From Octopus vulgaris (taxonomy: Eukaryota), in the NCBI GenBank assembly GCA_951406725.2, contig OX597816.1, positions 97,154,001 to 97,218,000 of the forward strand: a stretch of 64,000 nucleotides of DNA. Direction: 5' to 3'. The position numbers and the translations under genes are program-made. Shown here piece after piece: positions 1 to 13,812 of the stretch. The notes below the pieces were generated by a model. The model was not told the DNA's origin. It searched no databases and worked only from the letters and a program-made list of their open reading frames with translations. Every line of letters begins with the position of its first letter. The stretch's first letter is position 1.

Positions 1-3000
1 CCAAGTATACTCATCAATAATTTGATACCATATATACTCATCTACATTCTAATACCAAGTATACTCATCTACAATCTGATACCATGTATAAACATCTACA
101 ATCTGATACCAAGTATACTCATCTATAATCTGATACCAAGTATACTCATCTACAATCAGATACCAAGTATACACATCTAGAATTAGATACCACGTATACT
201 CATCAATGATTTGATACCATGTATACTCACCTACATTCTGATACCAAGTATACTCATCTACAATCTGATACCAACTATAATAATCTGTAATCTGATAGCA
301 AGTATACTCATCTACAAACTGATACCAAGTATACTCATCTAGAATTAGATACCACGTATAATCATCAATAATTTGATACCATGTATACTCATCTACATTC
401 TGGTTCCAAGTATACTCCTTTACAATCTTATACCAACTATACTCATCTATAATCTGATACCAAGTATACTGATCTACAATCTGATACCAAGTATACTCAT
501 CCACAATCTCATACCAAGTATACTTGGTATCAAATTGTAGATGAGTATACTTGGTATATGATATCAAGTATACTCATCAACAATTTGATACCGAGTATAC
601 TTATCTAGAATTAGATACCAAGTATACTCATCTATATTTTGATACCATGTATACTCATCTACATTCTGATACCAAGTATTTTCATCTACAATCTGATACC
701 GAGTATACTCATCTACAATCTGATGCCAAGTATACTCATTTACAATCTGATACCAAGTATACTCATCTAGAATTAGATACCAATATACTCATCAATAATT
801 TGATACTATGTATACTCATCTACATTCTAATACCAAGTATACTCATCTAAAATCTGATACCAACAATACTCATCAATAATTTGATACCATGTATACCCAT
901 CTATGTTCTGATACCAAGTATACTCATCTACAATCTCTTATCAACTATAATCATCTATAATCTGATACCATGTATACTCATCTACAATATAATACCAAGT
1001 ATACTCATCTAGAATTAGATACCACGTATACTCATCAATAATTTGATACCATGTATACTCATCTATATTCTGATACCAAGTATACTCATCCACAATCTGA
1101 TATCAAGTATACTTATCTATAATCTGATACTAAGTATACTCATTTACAATTTGATACCAAGTATACTCATCTAGAATTAGATACCAAGTATACACATCTA
1201 TAATTTAATACCACGTATACTCATCTACATTCTGATACCAAGTATACTCATCTACAATCTGATACCAATTATACTCATCTACAAACTTATACCACGTATA
1301 CTCATCAATAATTTGATACCATGTAAACTCATGTAAATTCTGGTACTAAGTATACTCATCTACAATCTCATACCAACTATACCCATCTATAATCTGATAC
1401 CAAGTATACTCATCTACAATCTGATTTACTCATATCACAATCTAATACCAAGTATACTCGTATACAATTTGATACGAAGTATACTCATCTAGAATTAGAT
1501 ACCAATTATACTCATCGATAATTTGATACCATGTATACACATCTACAATCTGATACCAAGTATACTCATCCACAATCTCATACCAAGTATACTTGGTATC
1601 AAATTGTAGATGAGTATACTTGGTATATGATATCAAGCATACTCATCAACAATTTGATACCGAGTATACTCATCTAGAATTAGATACCAAGTATACTCAT
1701 CTATATTTTGTTACCATGTATACTCATCTACATTCTGATACCAAGTGTTTTCTTCTACAATCTGATACCGAGTATACTCATCTACAATCTGATGCCAAGT
1801 ATACTCATTTACAATCTGATACCAAGTATACTCATCTAGAATTAGATACCAATATACTCATCAATAATTTGATACTATGTATACTCATCTACATTCTAAT
1901 ACCAAGTATACTCATCTAAAATCTGATACCAACAATACTCATCAATAATTTGATACCATGTATACCCATCTATGTTCTGATACCAAGTATACTCATCTAC
2001 AATCTCTTATCAACTATAATCATCTATAATCTGATACCATGTATACTCATCTACAATATAATACCAAGTATACTCATCTAGAATTAGATACCACGTATAC
2101 TCATCAATAATTTGATACCATGTATACTCATCTATATTCTGATACCAAGTATACTCATCCACAATCTGATATCAAGTATACTTATCTATAATCTGATACT
2201 AAGTATACTCATTTACAATTTGATACCAAGTATACTCATCTAGAATTAGATACCAAGTATACTCATCTATAATTTAATACCACGTATACTCATCTACATT
2301 CTGATACCAAGTATACTCATCTACAATCTGATACCAATTATACTCATCTACAAACTTATACCACGTATACTCATCAATAATTTGATACCATGTAAACTCA
2401 TGTAAATTCTGGTACTAAGTATACTCATCTACAATCTCATACCAACTATACCCATCTATAATCTGATACCAAGTATACTCATCTACAATCTGATTTACTC
2501 ATATCACAATCTAATACCAAGTATACTCGTATACAATTTGATACGAAGTATACTCATCTAGAATTAGATACCAATTATACTCATCGATAATTTGATACCA
2601 TGTATACACATCTACAATCTGATACCAAGTATACTCATCCACAATCTGATACCAAGTATACTTGGTATCAAATTGTAGATGAGTATACTTGGTATATGAT
2701 ATCAAGCATACTCATCAACAATTTGATACCGAGTATACTCATCTACAATTAGAAACCAAGTATACTCATCTATATTTTGTTACCATGTATACTCATCTAC
2801 ATTCTGATACCAAGTATTTTCTTCTACAATCTGATACCGAGTATACTCATCTACAATCTGATGCCAAGTATACTCATTTACAATCTGATACCAAGTATAC
2901 TCATCTAGAATTAGATACCAATATACTCATCAATAATTTGATACTATGTATACTCATCTACATTCTAATACCAAGTATACTCATCTAAAATCTGATACCA

Positions 3001-6000
3001 ACAATACTCATCAATAATTTGATACCATGTATACCCATCTATGTTCTGATACCAAGTATACTCATCTACAATCTCTTATCAACTATAATCATCTATAATC
3101 TGATACCATGTATACTCATCTACAATATAATACCAAGTATACTCATCTAGAATTAGATACCACGTATACTCATCAATAATTTGATACCATGTATACTCAT
3201 CTATATTCTGATACCAAGTATACTCATCTACAATCTGATACCAACTATACTCATCTATAATCTGATACCAAGTATACTCATCTACAATCTGATACCAAGT
3301 ATACTCAGGTAGAATTAGATACCACGTATAATCATCAATAATTTGATACAATGTATACTCATCTACATTCTGGTACCTAGTTTACTCATCTACAATCTCA
3401 TACCAAATATACTCATCTATAATGTGATACCAAGTATACTCATCTACAATCTGATACTAGTTTGCTTATCCACAATCTGATATCAAGTATACTTATCTAC
3501 AATCTGATACTAAGTATACTCATTTACAATTTGATACCAAGTATGCTCATCTAGAATTAGATACCAAGTATACTCATCAATAATTTGATACCATATATAC
3601 TCATCTTCATTCTAATACCAAGTATACTCATCTACAATCTGATACCATGTATAAACATCTACAATCTGATACCAAGTATACTCATCTATAATCTGATACC
3701 AAGTATACTCATCTACAATCAAATACCAAGTAATCACATCTAGAATTAGATACCACGTATACTCATCAATGATTTGATACCATGTATACTCACCTACATT
3801 CTGATACCAAGTTTACTCATCTACAATCTGATACCAACTATAATAATCTGTAATCTGATACCAAGTATACTCATCTATAAACTGATACCAAGTATACTCA
3901 TCTAGAATTAGATACCACGTATAATCATCAATAATTTGATACCATGTATACTCATCTACATTCTGGTTCCAAGTATACTCCTCTACAATATTATACCAAC
4001 TATACTCATCTATAATCTGATACCAAGTATACTGATCTACAATCTGATACCAAGTATACTCATCCACAATCTCATACCAAGTATACTTGGTATCAAATTG
4101 TAGATGCGTATACTTGGTATATGATATCAAGTATACTCATCAACAATTTGATACCGAGTATACTCATCTAGAATTAGATACGAAGTATACTCATCTATAT
4201 TTTGATACCATGTATACTCATCTACATTCTGATACCAAGTATTTTCATCTACAATCTGATACCGAGTATACTCATCTACAATCTGATGCCAAGTATACTC
4301 ATTTACAATCTGATACCAAGTATACTCATCTAGAATTAGATACCATTATACTCATCAATAATTTGATACTATGTATACTCATCTACATTCTAATACCAAG
4401 TATACTCATCTAAAATCTGATACCAACAATACTCATCAATAATTTGATACCATGTATACCCATCTATGTTCTGATACCAAGTATACTCATCTACAATCTC
4501 TTATCAACTATAATCATCTATAATCTGATACCATGTATACTCATCTACAATATAATACCAAGTATACTCATCTAGAATTATATACCACGTATACTCATCA
4601 ATAATTTGATACCATGTATACTCATCTATATTCTGATACCAAGTATACTCATCCATAATCTGATATCAAGTATACTTATCTATAATCTGATACTAAGTAT
4701 ACTCATTTACAATTTGATACCAAGTATACTCATCTAGAATTAGATACCAAGTATACTCATCTATAATTTAATACCACGTATACTCATCTACATTCTGATA
4801 CCAAGTATACTCATCTACAATCTGATACCAATTATACTCATCTACAATCTTATACCACGTATACTCATTAATAATTTGATACCATGTAAACTCATGTAAA
4901 TTCTGGTACTAAGTATACTCATCTACAATCTCATACCAACTATACCCATCTATAATCTGATACCAAGTATACTCATCTACAATCTGATTTCCTCATATCA
5001 CAATCTAATACCAAGTATACTCGTATACAATTTGATACGAAGTATACTCATCTAGAATTAGATACCAATTATACTCATCGATAATTTGATACCATGTATA
5101 CACATCTACAATCTGATACCAAGTATACTCATCCACAATCTGATACCAAGTATACGTGGTATCAAATTGTAGATGAGTATACTTGGTATATGATATCAAG
5201 TATACTCATCAACAATTTGATACCGAGTATACTCATCTAGAATTAGATACCAAGTATACTCATCTATATTTTGTTACCATGTATACTCATCTATATTCTG
5301 ATACCAAGTATTTTCATCTACAATCTGATACCGAGTATACTCATCTACAATCTGATGCCAAGTATACTCATTTACAATCTGATACCAAGTATACTCATCT
5401 AGAATTAGATACCAATATACTCATCAATAATTTGATACTATGTATACTCATCTACATTCTAATACCAAGTATACTCATCTAAAATCTGATACCAACAATA
5501 CTCATCAATAATTTGCTACCATGTATACCCATCTATGTTCTGATACCAAGTATACTCATCTACAATCTCTTATCAACTATAATCATCTATAATCTGATAC
5601 CATGTATACTCATCTACAATATAATACCAAGTATACTCATCTAGAATTCGATACCACGTATACACATCAATAATTTGATACCATGTATACTCATCTATAT
5701 TCTGATACCAAGTATACTCATCTACAATCTGATACCAACTATACTCATCTATAATCTGATACCAAGTATACTCATCTACAATCTGATACCAAGTATACTC
5801 AGGTAGAATTAGATACCACGTATAATCATCAATAATTTGATACAATGTATACTCATCTACATTCTGATACCTAGTTTACTCATCTACAATCTCATACCAA
5901 ATATACTCATCTATAATGTGATACCAAGTATACTCATCTACAATCTGATACTAGTTTGCTTATCCACAATCTGATATCAAGTATACTTATCTACAATCTG

Positions 6001-9000
6001 ATACTAAGTATACTCATTTACAATTTGATACCAAGTATGCTTATCTAGAATTAGATACTAAGTATACTCATCAATAATTTGATACCATATATACTCATCT
6101 ACATTCTAATACCAAGTATACTCATCTACAATCTGATACCATGTATAAACATCTACAATCTAATACCAAGTATACTCATCTATAATCTGATACCAAGTAT
6201 ACTCATCTACAATCAAATACCAAGTATACACATCTAGAATTAGATACCACGTATACTCATCAATGATTTGATACCATGTATACTCACCTACATTCTGATA
6301 CCAAGTATACTCATCTACAATCTGATACCAACTATAATAATCTGTAATCTGATACCAAGTATACTCATCTACAAACTGATACCAAGTATACTCATCTAGA
6401 ATTAGATACCACGTATAATCATCAATAATTTGATACCATGTATACTCATCTACATTCTGGTTCCAAGTATACTCCTCTACAATCTTATACCAACTATACT
6501 CATCTATAATCTGATACCAAGTATACTGATCTACAATCTGATACCAAGTATACTCATCCACAATCTCATACCAAGTATACTTGGTATCAAATTGTAGATG
6601 CGTATACTTGGTATATGATATCAAGTATACTCATCAACAATTTGATACCGAGTATACTCATCTAGAATTAGATACCAAGTATACTCATCTATATTTTGAT
6701 ACCATGTATACTCATCTACATTCTGATACCAAGTATTTTCATCTACAATCTGATACCGAGTATACTCATCTACAATCTGATGCCAAGTATACTCATTTAC
6801 AATCTGATACCAAGTATACTCATCTAGAATTAGATACCAATATACTCATCAATAATTTGATACTATGTATACTCATCTACATTCTAATACCAAGTATACT
6901 CATCTAAAATCTGATACCAACAATACTCATCAATAATTTGCTACCATGTATACCCATCTATGTTCTGATACCAAGTATACTCATCTACAATCTCTTATCA
7001 ACTATAATCATCTATAATCTGATACCATGTATACTCATCTACAATATAATACCAAGTATACTCATCTAGAATTAGATACCACGTATACTCATCAATAATT
7101 TGATACCATGTATACTCATCTATATTCTGATACCAAGTATACTCATCTACAATCTGATACCAACTATACTCATCTATAATCTGATACCAAGTATACTCAT
7201 CTACAATCTGATACCAAGTATACTCAGGTAGAATTAGATACCACGTATAATCATCAATAATTTGATACAATGTATACTCATCTACATTCTGATACCTAGT
7301 TTACTCATCTACAATCTCATACCAAATATACTCATCTATAATCTGTTACCAAGTATACTCATCTACAATCTGATACTAGTTTGCTTATCCACAATCTGAT
7401 ATCAAGTATACTTATCTACAATCTGATACTAAGTATACTCATTTACAATTTGATACCAAGTATACTCATCTAGAATTAGATACCAAGTATACTCATCTAT
7501 AATTTGATACCACGTATACTCATCTACATTCTGATACCAAGTATACTCATCTACAATCTGATACCAAGTATACTCATCTACAATCTTATACCACGTATAC
7601 TCATCAATAATTTGATACCATGTAAACTCATCTAAATTCTGGTACTAAGTATACTCATCTACAATCTCATACCAACTATACCCATCTATAATCTGATACC
7701 AAGTATACTCATATACAATCTGATTTACTCATATCACAATCTAATACCAAGTATACTCGTATACAATTTGATACCAAGTATACTCATCTAGAATTAGATA
7801 CCAATTATACTCATCGATAATTTGATACCATGTATACACATCTACATTCTGATACCAAGTATACTCATCTACAATCTGATACCAAGTATACTCATCTAGA
7901 AATAGATAACAAGAATACTCATCAATAATTTGATACCATGTATACTCATCTACATTCTGATCCCAAGTATACTCGTCTACAATCTGATTCCAAGTTTACT
8001 CATCCACAATCTGATACCAAGTATACTCATCTACAATCTGATACCAAGTATACTCATCTAGAACTAGATACCACGTATACTCATCAATAATTTGAAACCA
8101 TGTATTCTCATCTACATTCTGATACCAAGTATACACATCTACAATCTGATACCAAGTATACTCATCTATAATCTGATACCAAGTATATTCATCTACAATA
8201 TTATACCAAGTATACTCAATTAGAATTAGATACCACGTATACTCATCAATAATTTGATACTAGGTATACTCATCTACAATCTGATACGAAGTATACTCAT
8301 CTACAATCTCATACCAACATACTCATCTATAATCTGATACCAACTATACTCATCTAGAATCTGATACCAAGTATACTCATCTAGAATTAGATAGCACGTA
8401 TACTCATCAATAATTTGATACCATGTATACTCATCTACATTCTGATACCAAGTATACTCGTCTACAATCTGATTCCAAGTTTACTCATCCACAATCTGAT
8501 ACCAAGTATACTCATCTACAATCTGATACCAAGTATACTCATCTAGAATTAGATACCACGTATACTCATCAATAATTTGAATCCATGTATTCTCATCTAC
8601 ATTCTGATACCAAGTATACACATCTACAATCTGATACCAAGTATACTCATCTATAATCTGATACCAAGTATACTCATCTACAATATTATACCAAGTATAC
8701 ACATTTAGAATTAGATACCACGTATACTCATCAATAATTTGATACCAGGTGTACTCATCTACAATCTGATACGAAGTATACTCGTCTACAATCTCATACC
8801 AACATACTCATCTATAATCTGATACCAACTATACTCATCTAGAATATGATACCAAGTATACTCATCTAGAATTAGATAGCACGTATACTCATCAATAACT
8901 TGATACCATGTATACTCATCTACATTCTGATACCAAGTATAATCATCTACAATCTCATACTAACTATACTCATCTATTATCTGATACTTAGTATACTCAT

Positions 9001-9873
9001 CTACAATTTGATACCATGTATAAACATCTAGAATTAGATACCATGTGTACTCATCAAAAATTTGATAACATGTATACTCATCTACATTTGATACCAAGTA
9101 TACTCATCTACAATCTCATACCAGCTATACTCATCTATAATCTGATACCAAGTATATTCATCTACAATATGACACCAATAATACTCATCTAGAATTAGAT
9201 TCCAAGTATACTCATCAATAATTTGATACCATGTATACTCATCTACATTCTGATCCCAAGTATACTCATCTACAATCTGATACCAACTATACACTTCTAT
9301 AATCTGATACCAAGCATACTCATTTACAATCTGGTACCATGTATACTCATCTAGAATTAGATTCCAAGTATACTCATCAATAATTTGATACCATGTATAC
9401 TCATCTACATTCTGTTCCCAAGTATACTCATCTACAATCTGATACCAACTATACACTTCTATAATCTGATACCAAGTATACTCATTTACAATCTGGTACC
9501 TTGTATTCTCATCTAGAATTAGATACCACGTATACTCATCAATAATTTAATACCATGTATACTCATCTACATTCTGATACCAAGTATACTCATCTACAAT
9601 CTCATACCAACTATACTCATCTATAATCTGATACCAAGTCTACTTATCTACAATCTGATACCAACTTTACTCATCCACAATCTGATACCAATTATACTCA
9701 TCCACATTCTGATACCAAGTATACTCATCTACAATTTGATACCAAGTATACTCATCTAGAATTAGATACCAAGTATACTCATCTATAATTCGATACCATG
9801 TATACTCATCTACATTATGATACCAATTATACTCATGTAGAATTTGATACCAAGTATACTCATCTACAATCTG
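1..9873. repeat. 27-bp tandem satellite (consensus TCTGATACCAAGTATACTCATCTACAA) with higher-order structure; runs off the left edge
   Basis: Monomer visible continuously from 1 to ~9873. A marker inversion recurs at 523, 1592, 2661, 4086, 5155 and 6580 (spacings 1069, 1069, 1425, 1069, 1425). Confidence 0.97.
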
Positions 9874-9893
9874 TTAGAATATAAACATCTTAC

Positions 9894-9947
9894 TGCATTG
9901 AAACATAAGAAAGCCAGTATACTCAGCAGGATAACGATCGTGTCATT
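9894..9947 (-). CDS. Candidate isolated 54-nt phase-0 exon encoding a hydrophobic segment (NDTIVILLSILAFLCFNA); gene unknown
   Basis: Minus strand reads ttccttctgtactctactaattctctacag|AAT...GCA|gtaaga: polypyrimidine tract, CTAAT branch-like motif, CAG acceptor, GTAAG donor. Only one of three frames is open. Confidence 0.4.
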
Positions 9948-12779
9948 CTGTAGAGAATTAGTAGAGTACAGAAGGAACGCTTATTAAAGGATTCGACTAT
10001 AACACGGTAATACGACATTTCTGGATAACCTCTTGTTTTTTTTAAATTGCTATGTATTCTAAATATTTAATCTTTTTTAGCGATAGATTTGTTAACGTGC
10101 TACACAGTCCTTTTTGGTTTCTATGGTTTGTATACAGTCAAAGAAATCTAGAGTCTCTATCATCAAAGGATCCAATTAATCAAAATCCGACGTGTTAGAA
10201 AACTGCTTACAATTTTTTCCGTGGGAAAAGCTATTTGTGATGAATCAGCATTTAATCCATTTGAAATTATGTCTTTCAGCGTCTTTCATTAGTAGCAAGA
10301 TATGAATTAGTTAGCGAGCACTTCTAAAAGTATTTAATTTGATAGATTCTGAGAAAGTGGAGAATATTACATGTTTAACTGAAAGAAGGTAAACAGGCCC
10401 TCTGCATAGATTTGTCATGAGAAAAATCTAAAGTCTTAGTAGTTTAGTTACGAAGCTCCGCTTGTGTGTTAAAAGTAACCTTTTAAAATTTGATGCAGAT
10501 CTATGTTTCGCCGTAGACGTCTTTATATAGTGTAAGCGAGTGTAGAAGAAGGTCATTTAAAAACTACTAAACGCTGGTGTTCTACCATTATTACGTAACA
10601 CAATGGAAACTTTGGGCGCGCCAGTCAGGTTCGTATAAACAGGTTTATCACTCGCAACAGCAGATGGGGGAGTATCCAGTTGAAATGTGAGATAGTGGTC
10701 TTTGTGCTAGGAAAGATAGTGAGTAAGAAGGAGAAAGAGGCAGAGGGAGAGAGAGAGGGGTGGCTAGGTGGATATTATCAGGGCCAATTGTAAAGTGCTT
10801 GGTAAATATATATGAACACAAACCATACTCACGTACATACATATTGTTTCGTATAATATTAATGTCATAATGTATTACTAATATTCTTTCAAACTGCTAA
10901 AGCCCTCCTCTCCCCCTTAACTCTCAACGCATATATTTAATTAAATAATTGCCCTGATACGTTTTGAGAATATATATTGAAAATATTTATGGCAAAATTT
11001 TATTAGATTATCAATGCAATTTATAATATCGGATATCATATATTTTACAATATATTGAAACATAATTAGCCTCGTTGTTTATGAATATTGGGTTTATGCT
11101 CAAAATGGTAAATATAAAGACAGAAACAGGGTGAAATTTTTCACAAAATATTTGTATGTAGAGTTATTTCATGCATAAAACGATACTTTTTAAATGTAAT
11201 TATGCGCAACGCAGATCTCTAGAAATTCAATGATAAAATAGTGTTGCTTTGTTGAGAAAGGAAATATATTATATGAATAATTTCTCTACTTGAAACAGGT
11301 GAATTTAGGTAGAAAGAGTGCTGTTTGCTAGTTAGAAATCATGAATTTGTATATAATTAGTAAATATTCCAGTTGTAAATCTAATTAGGAGAGATTATTT
11401 CTAATTATACAAATATGCTTAAAATACAAACATATCAAATATACCTGAATGCCTAAACAAAATAATTGAAACGATTTGGAGGCCACCCTCCACCTTTGAT
11501 CCAAATTACTGGGAGAATAGCGCCATACCAGCCAAAATGGCAGCAAGCCATCGTCAAGGGAATGGTCCAGATGAAAATAATAGACGTCAAAAAGCAGAGA
11601 TCAGACTTTGAAGACGCAAAGAGCGACTGGTATTTCCTGCTCCCCGCCAACCTTCCCCTGCGATAAACACTCCACCATCCCTGGCCTGAACAGTCACCCC
11701 AGGCAGCGGTACCCTACTCACTCACCAACATGAAAAGGGCCATTCACTCGCTACAGATTACGAGTTGATGCCGAGGATGACGATCAAATATGCCTCTATA
11801 TCTATGCAAAACAATTGAAACAATTTGGTTTCTCCTCAAACTTTGCTTTTTCCTACAAATGTGCAGAAGCGAACTGATGTCAGTATTACTCAAGCGCCAT
11901 ATCGATTTCCCCAAACAAGCCAATCTTTTGTAAATCACTAAGTACATGCGTGACAACCACTTTATATAATATGATTAATATTCTCCCATTATTTTCATCA
12001 TAATTATCATTAAATACATTTTTTTTCATATATAATGATACCTTCCTCTAAAATATATAACTACTTCAGAGTTTGGTGTGTTCATAAGTACTAAATATAA
12101 CAGATAACAATTATCCAAGTTGTCAAATATCTAATAATTCTTCTCTAACCTTTCTTATAGCCTCTTCCACGCTCTCTGCAACAAGTAGGAAGAAGAATAA
12201 AATGTTTTCCAAGCAGAAACTGACGCAAGAACTTGCAAGAAATTTGATTCCGATAGAGCCATGCGCGGACCAGATGTTCAGAACACCAGATGTATTAATT
12301 TCTTATGACGACAGGATATGGTTTCAAATAAATTCGGCTGCTATATAGAGCCATGAACATCACATAGACTCAACCGTTTTGGTTCGTCAATGATTTTCGT
12401 TGTTGTTGTTGTTGCTGTTACAATATTGGTTAGTCCTGATCGGGAAGACATATTACCAAGGATATTCCAGTTCTAAACTTTCTTGTTCTATCCTTGGTTT
12501 TTATATTTTTATTTCCGATGATAGTTAAAAGTTTCCATCAATCAGAACTTACCTATTCCATCTAATTTATCCAGTTTATTGACAAGATACATAAATCATC
12601 TACTCACATGAAGGATTATGGACACAATTATTAACGGGTTAAACTTACACGCATATTTTCCTAATTATAGTTATATTATTTTGATTCTCTTATTTTGTTA
12701 TGGTCTTATGTCACTCACACATAACTACATCGGCATACAACCTACCATAAAGTCTATGCATAAAAGACTTTATACATAT

Positions 12780-13800
12780 ATGTCTCTCCATCCACTTTAT
12801 ACATATGTCTCTCCATCCACCAGACCCTCTATTTCCGCTCTCTCTCTCCCCTCCTCTCTCTCTCTGCCATCGTTTCTCTTTCTGCATCTCTCTCTCAGAT
12901 CAACTTTCTCACATCTCACCCCCCTCTCAGTTCCTCTACTTCACTCATTCTCTCTTGTATCTATATACCGCCCCTCTCTCTCTCTCTTTTTCTCTCTCTC
13001 TCTGTTACTCCCCCTCCCTCTCTCTGCCTCTTTTCTCTCCGCTCCTTCACAGGTCAAACTCCTTTTCCTCTTCTCCTTCTGTCCCCTTATTTCTTTCTCT
13101 ACACCACCCTCCCTGTCCCTTTACTACACTCTCTTGCACCTCTGTCGCGCCCCCTCTTTCCCGCTCCACCCTTTTTCTTCCTACCTTTCCTCTCCCTGCT
13201 CCCTCTAAGGCTCACCCCTTGTCTCTTTTTCCTCTTTCTGTCTCCTTCCTCCACACCACCCTCTCTGTCCCTTTACTTCAATCTCGGGTAGCTCTATCCC
13301 GCCCTCTCTCTCCCTCTCCCTTTTCTCTCTCTCCCCTTATTCTCCCTACCTTTCCTCTCCCTGCACCCTTTAAGGTTCACCCCCTTGTCTTTTTTCCTCT
13401 CTCTGTCTCCTTCCTCCACACCACCCTCTCTGTCCCTTTACTTCACTCTCTGGTACCTCTATCCCGCCCTCTCTCTCTCTCTCCCTCTCTCCCTCTCTCT
13501 CCCTCTCCATTTTATCTCTCCGTCTTTCTTCTCCCTGCTCCCCCTAGGGTCCATCCTCTTGTCTCTCTTTTCCTCCCTGTCCCTTTACTTTCTTTGTACT
13601 ACACCTCTATCCCGCTCACTCCCCCCTGCTGACCTGCCATTCTTCCTCTTTTTTCTCTCTTTTTTCTCCTTTTCGCTTTTTTTCTCTTCTCTCAGGACAA
13701 TCCCCTCGTCTCTCTCTCTATCACCTCTGGCTTTTCTCCTTTCTCCTCTCCCTCTCCGGTCAACCATCTTTCTCTGTTCCTATATTTCACTCTCACTGTA
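12780..13800 (+). repeat. Polypyrimidine (CT-rich) tract with imperfect ~150-165 bp internal repeats; probable 5' region of the LINE
   Basis: The + strand is strongly C/T-biased. Motif acaccaccct..ctgtccctttact recurs at ~13101, 13253 and 13418, directly upstream of the ORF1 ATG at 13813. Confidence 0.7.
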
Positions 13801-13812
13801 TCTCGGGCGAAA

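Noticed and set aside
551-6907. Plus-strand 99-108 aa ORFs (SDTKYTHLQ repeats)
   Set aside because: They are by-products of a 27-bp period. Starts are non-ATG, and common variants create stops in this frame.
1-9873. CRISPR array interpretation of the 27-bp repeat
   Set aside because: Monomers are contiguous with no unique spacers, there are no cas genes, and the context is eukaryotic.
1-9873. TGGTATCAGA in each minus-strand monomer resembles an initiator-tRNA primer binding site
   Set aside because: It matches the plant-type tRNA-iMet end, not the animal one (TGGTAGCAGA); only 10 nt, with no LTR context.
10211-10282. Possible second minus-strand exon (TLKDIISNGLNADSSQIAFPTEKI) ending at a GTAAG donor
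   Set aside because: The acceptor would be a weak AAG without a good pyrimidine tract, and I recognise no homology.
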